Shown here piece after piece: positions 39,825 through 52,529 of a stretch of DNA of 64,000 nt. This DNA comes from the human T2T-CHM13v2.0 reference genome, Homo sapiens, in NCBI RefSeq assembly GCF_009914755.1, contig NC_060945.1, one strand, 5' to 3'. The translations under genes and the position numbers were made by a program. How positions within the stretch are numbered: the stretch's first letter is position 1; the number at the start of each line of letters is the position of its first letter. A model generated the notes under the pieces. The model saw only the letters and a list, made by a program, of their open reading frames with translations, was not told the DNA's origin and did not search any database.

Positions 39825-40200
39825 TGTTAGGCCTCTGAGCCCAAGCCTGCATGTATATATTCAGATGGCCTGAGCCAACTGAAGAACCACAAAAGAAGTG
39901 AAAATGGCTCATTCCTGCCTTAACTGATGGCATTACCTTGTGAAACTCCTTCTCCTGGACAATGAGTCTCAGAAGCTCCCCCACTGAGCACCTTGTGACC
40001 CCTGCCCTTGCCCGCCAGAGAACAACCCCCTCTGACTGTAATTTTGCACTACTTACCCAAATCCTATAAAACTGCCCCACCCCCATCTCCCTTTGCTGAC
40101 TCTCTTTTCGGACTCAGCCCGCCTGCACCCAGGTGGTTAAAAAGCTTTATTGCTCACACCAAGCCTGTTTGGTGGTCTCTTCACATGGATGGGCGTGACA
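39825..40200 (+). mobile_element. HERV-H solo LTR (LTR7 family, short variant)
   Basis: tgttaggcctctgagcccaagc...cctataaaactgccccacccc...aagcctgtttggtggtctcttcaca...gtgaca; perfect TSD cttat at 39820-39824 and 40201-40205. Confidence 0.95.
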
Positions 40201-40811
40201 CTTATGACCTCATTTCACCTTAATCACCTTGTTAAAGGTTCTATCTCCAAATACAGTCACATGCTGAGCTTCTGAAGGTTAGGACATCAACATTTTGGGC
40301 ATAATTTAGCCCATTGCAACATTCCCTCTGGGAATGCAACTTCACCAGTGCAATACAGATTGATGTGAAGACAGACGAGCCTCTGGAAATGTCTGAAAAG
40401 ATAGATGCAGAATTGGCCTCCAGACGCTACCAAAGTCTTCCTCAGACAATGAATCAAGGATGGCCCATGCCCATTCCCTAGAATTTTAATCAATGGAGAC
40501 AGAGCCAGTGCCAGTTTCCACAAAGACCCAAGGAGAGGCAATGGAAACTTGGAACTCAAGTTTTCCTCCAGGGCATTTCAGAGGTGGGTTAGTGGTCCAG
40601 AAGTTAGGAAGACCGTCACTCTCTCATGGTGGATGGAGTTCTCACAAGGAAATGTACACAGAACACAGGACCAAGACAGGGGCCAACCCTGTGCTCCAGC
40701 ACTTGTGCAGAGTCATGGAGTTGAGGCACCAGCCATTCAAGAGGCCATGGACAGAAACAACCAGACTACCAGAAAGTGGGGGAGCAAACATACTCTAGTG
40801 AGACATGGTAT

Positions 40812-41173
40812 TATATGCTGAAAATACAACCAAATAGAGTGTGGTTGTATTTGGAGATGGGACCTCTAAGGAAGTAATTAAGGTTAAGTGAGGTCATTGG
40901 GGTGGAGTCCTGATCCAATAGGAGTAGCGTATTTTTAAAAAATATGCCAGATCTCTTTCTCTTTCCATGTGCACACATTGGGGAGAGGTCTTGTGAGGAC
41001 ACAGCAAGAAGGTGGCTCTCTGCAAGCCACAAAGACAGCCCTCATCAGGAACCAAATTGGTCGGCACCTGGACCTTGGACTTCCCAGCCACCAGAACTGT
41101 GAGAGATAATGTCCATTGTTCAGGCCACGTCGTGTGTGGTACTTTGTTATGGCAGCAGGAGCAAACTAAAACA
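40812..41173 (+). mobile_element. MLT1A-family LTR
   Basis: gtatttggagatgggacctctaaggaagtaattaaggttaagtgaggtcat...ccagaactgtgaga...tttgttatggcagc...actaaaaca. Confidence 0.85.
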
Positions 41174-41969
41174 CACGGTGAGAGAACAACCCCACTGATA
41201 CCTGGGGAGGCTCACTGAGGAGTCCAGGTCAGCAGGCCTGGACCCTTGACCCTGGCAAGCCATGCCTCCCTCTCTGCAGTTAATAAGAAACTTCACTTTG
41301 CTTGATTAACAGGTAATTCTGGTGGTTTTTCTGGAGAGATGGCTGTTGATACACTCCAAAATTAGCTTCCAATGAAAAACTAAAGCCTCGAATCGCTTCT
41401 TGACTCTATTTTCTACCTGTACACTTTGGCAGAGTATGAGAAATCATGTAGGAAATATCAGAAATGCCAAGTACCTCTCCTCTTGGCTTCTTTGGCTCTG
41501 TTGCTGCAGACAGAGCAAAGGGCATCAGTTCATGCCATCAGGTGCCCCCTGATATCCTTAGACTTTCTGCATGTCCTACCCTTAGCCCCTCAGCATTTAT
41601 GCCTAGCACTGAAGTACTCAGCAGGTGGAGGCACCTGTTAGCACATGCTTACCATGGTTTGAGGGCAAGTCTGCTCTGCGAGAAGGTTTGGCCTGCCTGG
41701 GTCCCTGAGAGCTAATCTCAGAAAGTGAGGGTTAGCCAAATGGAGGCAGGGCAAAGCCCACTTTTTGTTTCCTTTGCTGTTCTCAGTGGCCTCAAAGGAG
41801 GTGTGAGTCTGCTAGCCATTGTGCACTCCCCTGACTCACCTCTGAGTTCTGGCCCCCTGTGACCTAGGACCCTCCTTAAGTCACAAACTGTCTTGGACAT
41901 CCACTTTCAGTGATGTTTTTCACAGAGATCAAATGATTTATTAATTCCATTAGCACTCATTAATTTAAA

Positions 41970-42054
41970 AGAGAAAGAGGAAGGAAGGAAGGAGAAAGAA
42001 AAGAAAGAAAGAAAGAAAGAAGAAAGGAAAGAAGAAAGGAAGGAGAACAAGAAG
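41970..42054. repeat. GA-rich (GAAA/GGAA)n
   Basis: Direct observation. Confidence 0.85.
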
Positions 42055-42618
42055 ATTCTCCCGTAATTTTATATGAATTAGGATGCTTTTTGGCTGTAGA
42101 TAAAAAATCCAACTAAATGTGTTTTCAACAAGTAAGGATATTTACTATCTCTGGTAGGAGAAGTTTGAAGAAAAGCGGTTCAGTGGATCAGAGATGCTTA
42201 CAAGGCTGGAGTTTAGCATCTTTCTCCTCTGTCAACCTCAGAGTGCCAGGAACATTGTCCCCCATGTCTGCCAGATGGCTGTCCTCAAATGACAGTGTCT
42301 GAAAGTAGGAAGGTGGCTGTGGGGACATAATCCCTCTTCCTCCCACCCCCCGATTTCTGGGTTCCTGTAAAAAGCCCCAGCCACCAAAGATTCTTCACAT
42401 ACCAGGAGAATCAGATCTGTAGCTTTGTGTTTAGTTAGTTGTTGTTTTCCAAGGGGATAGTAAAATTTCTCTTCTCTCTCCAAAGGGTCAAATAGTCACA
42501 ACCCAGAGTAGAAACCCAAGTTAAGCCCCCTAGGTGCTATGCTAGGAAAACCTAAAGGCTATCTTCCTGCATATTTACATTTCAAGGGAGACTGAAGCCA
42601 GAGACACTTGCAGGTCTT

Positions 42619-43116
42619 GGATTATAAATCATTCTACTATAAAGACACATACACACCTATGTTTATTGCAGCGCTGTTCACATTAGCAAAGACTTGGAAC
42701 CAACCCAAATGCCCATCAATGATAGACTGGTTAAAGAAAATGTGGCACATATACACCGTGGAATACTATGCAGCAATAAAAAAAAGATGAGCTCATGTCC
42801 TTTGCAGGGACATGGATGAAGCTGGAAACCATCATTCGCAGCAAACTAACACAGGAACAGAAAACCAAACACACTTATGTTCTCACTCATAAGTGGGAGT
42901 TGAACAATGGAAACACATGGACACAGAGAAGGGAACATCACACACCAGGACCTGTCGGGAGGTGGGGGGCTAGGGGAGGGATAGCATTAAGAGAAATACC
43001 TAATGTAGATGACAGGTTGATGGGTGCAGCAAACCACCATGGCATGTGTAGATGTATGTAACAAACCTGCACATTCTGCACATGTATCCCAGGACTTAAA
43101 GTATATATATATTTAA
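42619..43116 (+). mobile_element. 5'-truncated L1PA7/8-like element (ORF2 C-terminus and 3' UTR)
   Basis: Encodes YKSFYYKDTYTPMFIAALFTLAKTWNQPKCP, the ORF2p C-terminus; TSD aaaacctaaag at 42547-42557 and 43117-43127. Confidence 0.93.
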
Positions 43117-43189
43117 AAAACCTAAAGAAATCTGAAAAAAATATAGACTTTAGTTAAAAATAATGTATTAATAAGGGGGACCACTATAC

Positions 43190-43335
43190 TCACACATACT
43201 CTCACATTTGTGCACACTGACACCCACTTCTACATTGTCACAGTCTCTCACACTCTTACTTCCACACCCTTACACATGCACATTCACACACACATCTCTC
43301 TCTCACACACACACACACATACACACACCCACACC
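43190..43335. repeat. Degenerate (CA)n/(CT)n low-complexity tract
   Basis: Direct observation. Confidence 0.75.
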
Positions 43336-43742
43336 TGGATAGATTTCTAGAAGAGAACAAAATTAACACCTCCCTGTTGTTGAAAATAAAATTCTATTCT
43401 GGCAGCCGAATATAAAATTTATTCACGGATATGAATTGTGTCTATCATCTCCCAAGACCTCTAGGTTTTGTTTTTCAGTCCTCACTGCTATTATTAAATC
43501 ATGTCTCCCACATGAAATTCATGGAGGTAGTTGGGTTTTTGAACTTCTGGGCAGGACATCCATCCTCTCCCTTCTCCCATCACCTTTAGCTGGCTTCTTC
43601 ATCTCTCCCCTGTGTTTAGACTCAAATTCATCTATTAAGTTAACAACTTCTTTTGTATTTCTAGCTGGTATTTATAACATCACATGCTGTAATGATTGTT
43701 CACCAGCTCTCCATGGGCTCATCTAGACAGAGCCCCGATCCA

Positions 43743-44241
43743 CGTGAAAGTTGCAGATACCAGGATGAAATTGCTTGGTCAGACCCTGCCAAAATAGGAC
43801 AGGGAAGGCGTGAAGGAGAGGAGGCTTATGTGTCTGAGATAAATACTGCTTCTAAGGACTTGCTAAAAATCCCATAAGAAACCATTTCACGTCCTTCACG
43901 AATCTCTGGCCTTGACAAGGTTTACCACCAGACATTCTTTAGGACTGCAGTGATCCAGATGAGATGCTCTTGAAAGAACACTTGCCCAGTGACAGCATCT
44001 TTACCAATGAACTGACAACAACTGGCTTTGAGCCTCTGGACCAATGGACTCTGTTTCTAAGCAGCTTATGTGGACCTCTCTCTTTTGCTAATAAAATCTT
44101 CCCTTTGCCTTCCCTCACGGGAGGCACTGGCAGTTTACCATCCTATGCATTCTATGTTATAATCCTCATTTCTCACTCCCGCATAAACTCCATATATTTG
44201 GAGATAATTTTCTTCACTGTCTTTTTTTTTTCAGGCTGACA
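43743..44241 (+). mobile_element. ERV1/MER4-group solo LTR (family uncertain)
   Basis: ~500 bp ending caggctgaca; probable TSD tcca/ccca. Confidence 0.65.
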
Positions 44242-44965
44242 CCCATGTGCTGAAAGAGGAAATAACGGATGTCAGTTTCAGGCCCAGGCCTCTAAGAGCT
44301 GGAGCCTCATCTTCTGGTTTCTCTCCCACAGTGACCGTGGATGCCTTTTCTCCCAAAAAGGGCAGCTCTCGAAGGCCTGAGTCCTGGTTTAACTAATACA
44401 ATTTCTCAATATTGAATAATTACGTGTCTCTATAGTCAAGTTCAAGAAAATGCTTTATATTGAGCCTCACTGCTTGTCAGCATATATCTCATCTTTTAAA
44501 ATTTATATAATGTGATTTTGTCTTAGTAGACTATTTTAAATTAACATTGATATTTAATATCAAAGGGTAGCATTTTCCTCTCAAAACTGAAAATATTTCT
44601 GGTAGAAGAGTTGAACAAATGTGATTTCTTAGATTTATTTTTGGATCACCTCCAATTAAATTTTACTTAACATTTTTGGCTGTCTATAAAAGTCATAAAT
44701 TACCAAAACTCTAGAATTAACTTCTTTCAGGTGCAATTATGATTCATCAGTAAAAATGCTTCATTTTAATGTTTCCTAGATTGCTTATCAACACATCAAA
44801 CATCCCATTGGTTTGAGATAATCTATTATTACGTCATGTATTGGGAAACTTGGGTAACAGGGTGATGATTTCCTATGTTCTCCAATCATTGGATGATATT
44901 CTTTCATCTAAAGAATTGCTCTTTACATAGTTTGAGGAAAAACCAGAAAGAAATGAAATAAATAT

Positions 44966-45002
44966 TATATATATGTGTGTGTGTGTATATATATATATAT
45001 AT
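44966..45002. repeat. (TA)n(TG)n(TA)n microsatellite
   Basis: Direct observation. Confidence 0.9.
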
Positions 45003-45374
45003 AAAATCCAAAGTTTTATCATAATATTTACTTGTGGGTTGTATATACACAGTCCTCTCTTTTATACACAGCTATCAAATATGATAATAAAACTGAATTT
45101 GCTGAATTGATTGGGTAGGATAAAAATATGAGAAAAATAAACAATGACTTCCATTGGTTGTCTTTGAATTTCTTCATTGTGCCATTATATTATGGCTGAA
45201 CATGGGTCTGGACTAGTATTTTGGAATATTCAACTTTGTATGCATACAGCAGAGAACTATATTTCTATCTTCCTGTGTTGGAGTGAATTAATAACCTTAT
45301 CAGGTAAAGTAAGAAAAAATGGAAACTTACTGAGTGTTTATTAATTACTCTGTATTTATGAGCTCAATTTTCTC

Positions 45375-45590
45375 CATTAAATCATTTGGCTCTGCAGTCA
45401 GTTTATCCCCATATTGGGTATTCTTGTTCCAAACCCTTCTGATGTTCTACCTACCCACCTGCCATTTATGGATTCTCCATGGCTGCTTTCCTGCTGCAAT
45501 GGCAGAGTTGATCCTACAGAGATCATCTTGTCTGCAAATCCTAAAATATTTACTATTTGGCTCTTAACATAAAATATTTGCCAACTCCTG
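45375..45590. mobile_element. MER58A-like (hAT-Charlie)
   Basis: tggctgctttcctgctgcaatggcagagttga...cctaaaatatttactatttggctcttaaca...tttgccaactcctg. Confidence 0.75.
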
Positions 45591-46783
45591 GTTTAGATAA
45601 ACTTCATGAAGTCTGAAATGGAAATTGGTATTATTAGAGTAACTCTATGTCCTAGTTTTCATGAGATGACACGAAACCTCCCTTCACTTCCATGAATCTC
45701 AATCCAAAACAAATGATGTTACTTGCAATGGAATGTGTTGATCCCAATTCATTCAACTTTATTCACATTGAGCAAGGAGATATGTGTCTAATTACGATTG
45801 CGATGAATACCATGCAAACCGTCAAAAACATACAACAAAAATATCATCAGATAGTAGTGAATGTTTTAGATTTAATCCTGTGTCCATCTGGGACCAGAAC
45901 GGGGAGAAGGAACTTCAATGCACATTCTTGGAAACAGGTTTTGAATGTTGCTGAGTCATAAGGCAGGTCACTTCATTCTGCCTTTGCTGGAGAACAGAGG
46001 GCATTGCCAAGAAGCTCTCAGCAGCCTCCTTTACATCTCCCATACAAACTTAGCCTGATAAAAATGGCCCAATTCCCACATTTACACTCTACCACTTTTC
46101 AGCTTTCTTTTTCCCTATGAAATAAGAGCAATGATTTTTTTTGCTACTGCTTTAAAAATGATTCTTGTGAAAAACTCTAAAACAAAATAATTTTTCTTCC
46201 TTTTAATGTCATTTCTAAATTATGATCACTCACTTCATATTATTCTGGATATAAGTAAAGCGTATGAATTTAAAAAGGGGCCCGGAAAACCAGGAGAAGT
46301 TCCCGAGACTTTAGCCACCTTGATAGAAGGGACAGACAACTGGGTTCAGGAGGCCAGAGCTTGTCAAGCTGGAGGGAAATGACTTCCTTCTATCTTCTGC
46401 TGCCTGAGGAAACCCTGTGAGTACGGGCATGGAGTGCTGGGTTTAAGGAAAAACCAGCCTGAAGGGCACTGTCTGGGAAGGATGGGAAATAATACCTAAG
46501 GGTGGCTGGGGAACTCTAATCTTGGAAGTTATATCAAAAGAGGACAACAACCATCTGCCTTGGAAGTTTTAGGTGCAGGTTTTCTTCCAGTTGGGGAAGG
46601 GATTGGGGTGTGGGGGCACTTTCCCTCTGGTGGTTTTGTAGTAAACCTTTCCAAATGGACCCAACTACTTAGATGTATGGACCTATTAACAAGAAGGCGT
46701 AGATACTCTTCGGCTCATAACCAGTGGAAAGGCATGGTTCCTGTATTGGAAGCATCTACTACTGGAGTGAAATTAACTCCTAG

Positions 46784-47192
46784 TCTGTTAGTTTTCCAGA
46801 GCTGCTGTAACAAGTCTCCACAACTGGATGGTACAAAATAATGGAAATTTATTCTCTTACAGCTCTGGAGGTTAGAAGTCCAAAATTAAGGTGTCAGCAG
46901 GGTGGGTCCCGTTTTGGAGGTGCTGAGGGAGAATCCATTCCCTGCCTCTCTCCCAGCCTCTGATGGTTGCTTCAATCCTTGGAATTCCCTGGTTTGTCAA
47001 TGCTGATGCATTCAATCTCTACCTCTGTCTTCACATCACATTCTCCTCCCTGTGGATGTGCATGTGTCCCAATTTCCTTCTCATAAAGACACCAGTCAGT
47101 GGAGTAGGGCCCACCATAATCTGGGATGACCTCCTCTAACATTATACATGCAAAGACCCTCTTTTGAAATAAGGTTACATTCACAGGTACTG
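46784..47192 (-). mobile_element. MLT1C-like LTR
   Basis: gctgctgtaacaa...ctctggaggttagaagtcc...gggagaatccattccctgcctctctcccagc...aataaggttacattcacaggtac. Confidence 0.88.
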
Positions 47193-48019
47193 AGAAGATC
47201 TGGGAGGAGAGGCACTGCGGTGAGCACCTGTGGGCTGTCCCAGGACCTGTGATTGCTCTAAGCTGTGTAGGATCCACACAGATACCAAGCCATCAGTGAG
47301 CTCTCCAGGTGAAGCATTCAAGGAGTGAACAAAAGAATGGCTGATTTAGAAACGCTGACCAGTGCAGTGAAGGTCAGCTTTCCTAGTAAAGCCTGATGGG
47401 GCAACATAAAGAGAATCACTGTAGCCTAGCCCTTCACAAAAGAAAGACTGGCCTTAAATTTAAAGGCTAATTTAAAGTCGTGGACCTAGAAGCCAGTGTC
47501 AGCTCAGGTTTATCGCTTACTAACTATGGCTACTGGAAAGGAGTTGGTGGAAATCTACCCCAGGCAACTCACTTCACAGACGGAATGAATGTAGAGAAAG
47601 GCCACACTGCTGGACTTCAGCAGGACTGGGACCTCTGATTCAAGACTAAGCTAATTCTTCTCTCCCCTATCTACTTTCATGAGGAAGGGCTGGAGAGACC
47701 GTGAAGTCAAAACTTCTGCTTAATAATGCACATTGTGATTCTTAGGGTAAAATGATAGCAAGGCAGTATTATTATTTTTAAAGCTGAAAAGCAAAAAATG
47801 CAGTCAAACTATTCACACATAACAAATGCAAACCAAGCAAGCAACAAACAAAAAACTCAACAACTCACCAGTTCCTTTCTTGGCCTCATCACTAACAGAG
47901 TTTAACTGTACTAAAGTCAAATGATGTTTGAAAAACTAGATTCCCCCAGATGGGCTGGCAAGTGATCAGAGCCTGAGGGTGTCACCTCGACGCTTGAATT
48001 GGACTGGACCTGTTGATCA

Positions 48020-48155
48020 CACTGCCCTTTCCTCATCTGAAAAGCAGGCCCAGAGAGGTGGTGGCCCCCACAGGGCTTTTGTGAGGATAGAATGAGTTAC
48101 ACACCGAGTCTTCGAACAGTGCATGGTACCTAACGAATACTTATCATGGTATCGT
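48020..48155 (+). mobile_element. MIR fragment
   Basis: tttcctcatctgaaaa...cacagggcttttgtgaggat...aacagtgcatggtac. Confidence 0.6.
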
Positions 48156-48499
48156 GATTAAGTGGAACATCTCTTTGTATTTCCCACATATGCAAGAGTC
48201 CATTTTAAAAGAATTTCTACCCACACTTCTTTTATCACATTTGTTCATGTTTCATGTTGTAAACATAATATTTGCTTTTGGAGGAAAATGTAGAAAACGT
48301 GAATGTAAAAAAAAATCATGGATTGACATTATTCTCTTGGTTGTATTTTATTTCCATCTCTGAAAAAATGCATACACCATTATTATTTTTATAAAATTAA
48401 GATTATATGACTGCTTTGCATGCTTATTTTTAAATTTGGTATTATGTTTTGAAAAATTTTCTAGGTCATTAAATACTTTTGGAAATCAGCATGATTTGA

Positions 48500-48680
48500 A
48501 ACACAGAGAGAGAACTCCATGTGAAGATGAAGGTAGAGATTGAGGTGACACAGCTACAAGCCAAGGAATACCGAAGAGTGCCAGCAACCACTGGACGCTA
48601 TGGGAGGGCCTGGAGGAGGTTCTCTCCCATGACCTCAGAAGGAACCAGACCCGCCTGGTCTCAGACTTCTGGCCTTGAGA
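48500..48680 (+). mobile_element. MLT1C/D fragment
   Basis: ccatgtgaagatgaaggtagagattgaggtga...ctacaagccaaggaa...tcagacttctggcct. Confidence 0.75.
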
Positions 48681-48845
48681 GCTATTTTGATTCAAGGCTA
48701 AAAGAACATCAAAGGAGCACTTGAACACCATCACAATAGAGCCTGCTAAAAGCTAAATGAATTGGACATCAAGGTAGTCTCATATGTTAATGACAGTGAC
48801 TTCGGCTATCATGGGTGACACATTCATTTTCCAGCACACACCGAC

Positions 48846-49103
48846 TGTATTAGGCTGTTTTCACACCGCTATAAGGAACTACCTGAGACTGTGTAATTTA
48901 TAAAGAAAAGAGGTTTAATTGACTTACACTTTCACATGGCTGGGGAGGCCTCAGGAAACTTACACTGATGGTGGACCGCGAAGGGGAAGCAAGGCACGTC
49001 TTATACGGGGGCAGGAGAGAGAGAGAGAGTGGTGGGGGAAGGGCCACGGTTTTAAACCATCAGATCTTCTGATAACTCACTCACTATCACAACAACAGCA
49101 AGG
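48846..49103 (-). mobile_element. MSTA/THE1D-like LTR, truncated
   Basis: tgtattaggctgttttcacaccgctataaggaactacctgagactg...aaaccatcagatct...actcactatcac. Confidence 0.85.
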
Positions 49104-49109
49104 TAGATT

Positions 49110-49475
49110 ATTCCTTGCTGGCTTTGAGACAGGGATTGTTATCAGCTCCCATAGACCCCCTGTGTTCCTGGCTCATATAGCTCCTCCATCTTCAAAACAG
49201 CAATGATTATGGAGGCCGTCTCATACTTCCAGTTTCTCTGACTTCTGTCACCAGCTGGAGAAAGCTGTCTGCTTTTAAGGGCTGGTGGGATTGCATTAGT
49301 CTCATTGGGTCACCCAAGATAATCTTCCAATTTTAAGCCCAACTCTGCCATGTAACAGCACATGGTACAGTTCTGTATTCACAGGATGTGTGACTGTACC
49401 TCATCATATGCACATATTCTGGGGAGTAGGGTAGGAAATCCTTGGGAGTCCCATTTGGAAATTCTGCCTACAATA
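49110..49475 (-). mobile_element. MLT1D/E fragment
   Basis: ctccatcttcaaaacagcaatg...tctgcttttaagggct...cccaagataatct...attctgcctac. Confidence 0.7.
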
Positions 49476-50199
49476 ACATCCAAATGAAATTTGTCATTTT
49501 ATCTTACTTCTTCTGCTTTAATTGGTTCTATTTCTCAGTAATAATCTTATCCATCTGCATTCTAACATTTTCCACCCACTTTTTGATTTTATACTTATCA
49601 GACATGATGGGATTAGTGTTGCTTCTAAGGCACTCAAAACTGAACTGAACTCAGCAAACGAATTATAAACCAAAAATCGATCTGATGATCATGACTATCA
49701 CTGCTTGATACATTTGCCAACAATGTCTTTAGGGGAGGACAAATTAATAAGCTTGAGCTCTGAGGTTTAAATTTTTCTATTTAATTTTGAAGATTCCTTA
49801 GGTTGAAAGTTTATACACAGGATAAAATACCATTTTCCCAGAATGCCTGGGATCTGACCTGCCCCAGATTAATTGACATTTCCAGATTTTGGTAACTATA
49901 ACCAAAATAATGAATTTATTTGATGCTGTTACCCACAAAATCATATTACCTAAGGGGCATTGTCTGTCAAGATCATGAGATGAGCCCATCTTGACATCCC
50001 CAATTGAAGGTGGCTTCGTCATATGCCATACATTGTAGAAAAATGTTTTTCATTTGTGATCAAGCCATGCTTTTCCCGAATGCATGATTATAAAAATATC
50101 TTATGAAGTATTTCTAGTGGTTCAATGCATTTGTGTTGGCTCCCAGGGAGAGAAGAGCTTCTGTATAAACAGCCATCACAACTTCACCATCAGTGAGCA

Positions 50200-51300
50200 G
50201 ATTTACAGAAGAGGAAACATAAATGACTAATTCACATAAAGTGTTCAGCCTCACTCAAATTGAGATATAATTTTATGCATGATTTTAATGCCATCTTACA
50301 TAATATATTCTTGTCCATTTTTCATTGGGTTGTAACCATTTTATATATTCAGAGTCTTAACATTTTAATGGTAATATTTCTGATATACATCTTTTCTCAT
50401 TTTGTTATTTAATATTTTGTTAGCTTTTTGACATATGGATATTTCACATTTTTATGAATTTCTTTTTCATTTGTGACTTCTCTCATTATTTTTTATGCTC
50501 AGAAGGTTGCTTTTTCATCTCAAGATCAAACTCATTTTTCTCCAGGCTTTTTCATTATTGACTTTTTTTTTTTAATCCACCAGGAATTTGCTTTGGAGTA
50601 TAGTATTAAGTTGAGGCTCTAATATTTTTCTCTAAATATTTAATCAGTTATTCTAAACTACTTCAAATAATGATTTTTCTTTTTGCCATTATTGTTATGC
50701 CATCTTACATAATAAACTGAATTCTCATGTATATATTCAGGACTGTCCCAGGGTGTCTATTATGTTCCATTGTTCTGTCTGCTCACTCTTTAGCCAGAAC
50801 CATTATTTCTGAAATTGCTATAACTTTATAAATATTCTCAAATACCTGATAAAATATTAGAACCATTCTTCACTAAAATTATTTTTCAAAAAACTTTGTT
50901 ATTTTTCAAGACAAATTTGAGAATTCGATTTTAAGTTCCATCTTCATAATGTCACTGCATTGAACATTTAATTAATTTGAGAGAATTGCTATCTTTCCCA
51001 TATCTAGTCTTTCCATCCAGAAACATAAAGAATCAATATAATGACGTAAGTGTTTTTACATCCTTCCATAAAGTTTAAAAATTTTCCTCATATGGCTTCC
51101 ACACACTTCTTATTAATTTGTATTAATAGATTTCTCATTAATTATCTTGTTGCAATGGTGACTGAAATCTTTCCCAACCATGTTTTTAAATTGGTTGTTA
51201 ATGATATGTAGAAAATAATTAATTTTAGAAATTTATTTTGTATCACGTGCTTACCATTTACATGCCTTGTTCTTTATTGACAGAAGAAAGAGAATAATTT
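50200..51300 (-). mobile_element. Highly degenerate L1M fragments (AT-rich)
   Basis: ttgtccatttttcattgggttg; tctattatgttccattg; tagtctttccatccagaaacat. Confidence 0.55.
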
Positions 51301-51486
51301 CAGCTCTTGAATTAATGAAGAAATAGCCCTGTAGATTTGCCACTATAGGATGTTTCTGTTTTTAGTCAGACTTATCCTCATAAATGCTACCTAATTGTCT
51401 AATTTCAAATACTCGTATATTCCCGCACCCTGGCGTTTATTAAACTGCCACCGCCAGCTTTTTGTTTGTTTGTTTGTTTTGGTATC

Positions 51487-51665
51487 TGTGGTGGGCTAAA
51501 TAACAATCTTTAAAGATATCCCTGTCCCAATACCTGGGACTTGCAAATATGTTACCTGACATGGTGAGACAGATTTTGCAGATGTGATTGAATTAAGGAT
51601 CCTGAAATGGGAGGGCCTTGGGGATTTCTAGGGTAGGAGCAATGTACTCACAAGGATCCTAATAA
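51487..51665 (+). mobile_element. MLT1D 5' part
   Basis: tgtggtgggctaaataac...atatgttacctgacatgg...tttgcagatgtgattgaattaaggatcctgaaatggg. Confidence 0.8.
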
Positions 51666-52529
51666 CAAAATTATGAGTATTATATTTAAGGGAAGGGTAA
51701 CAGGTGGTGAAGTCATGCTTTGAGAATAAAACTGACCTGGAAGCCTGACTCTGGGCTTCGGTTGCTGCATTTCTCCGCTTGGTCATTGTCACAAACCCAT
51801 TCCTTCCACACAAGTGATGGAGAGACTCAGCCTGGGACATGCTGGGTCCTGCGAGATTCTGCACCCATTCTCGGTGGCAGCAGCGGCTTCAGAGGCTAGT
51901 GCCAGGCTCATATCTCAGTGCCCTTCCACATCAGTAATCTCTGATTAGTGGGTCTGTTTCTAGGGGGCCTCAGTGTGGAAGGAAGGTCACCCGTTACATC
52001 CCTGGTCCCTCCTCAGTAGTCTCAAGGGATTCTATCCTGGTTCCAAGCACTCCCAAATCTGTACAAGGAAACTCCGTGGGTGAGGGGACTCAGGTCACTT
52101 GGCGGGATTTAGTTTACCTGAATCTGTGATATCACATCCACCTGCCTGTCCCCTCAGCACCTTATCCAAGAACTCCTTTCACCTATGCGTGCTAATCCTC
52201 TTGAGAATTCTGGTAAATTCAATTTTCTTCATTCCCCTGCTTTCCAGAAAGTTTTGCCTCCAATGGTGTGTTCCTTGCAGACCTGTTTCATGCAGCTCCA
52301 CAGCCAACACCCCACTTCACACGGCATGCTGAGGATGCAGCATCACCTGGCCAGGGTTACATCTGCTTGGAGGCTGTTCAGGTGCTGAGAACTCTGGCAG
52401 TGTCAGGGAAGCCCACGACAACCTCATAGCTGTGAGCCACAGCTCACACAAAAATTGTAGTAACATATTCTTCACATGTTCCTGCCTTTTCTCAAAGGTT
52501 CCTCATGGTTTGGGTTATTTATTTTCTCA

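Noticed and set aside
42608-43061. ORFs resembling an L1 ORF2p C-terminus
   Set aside because: Broken fragments of a 5'-truncated L1, not a gene.
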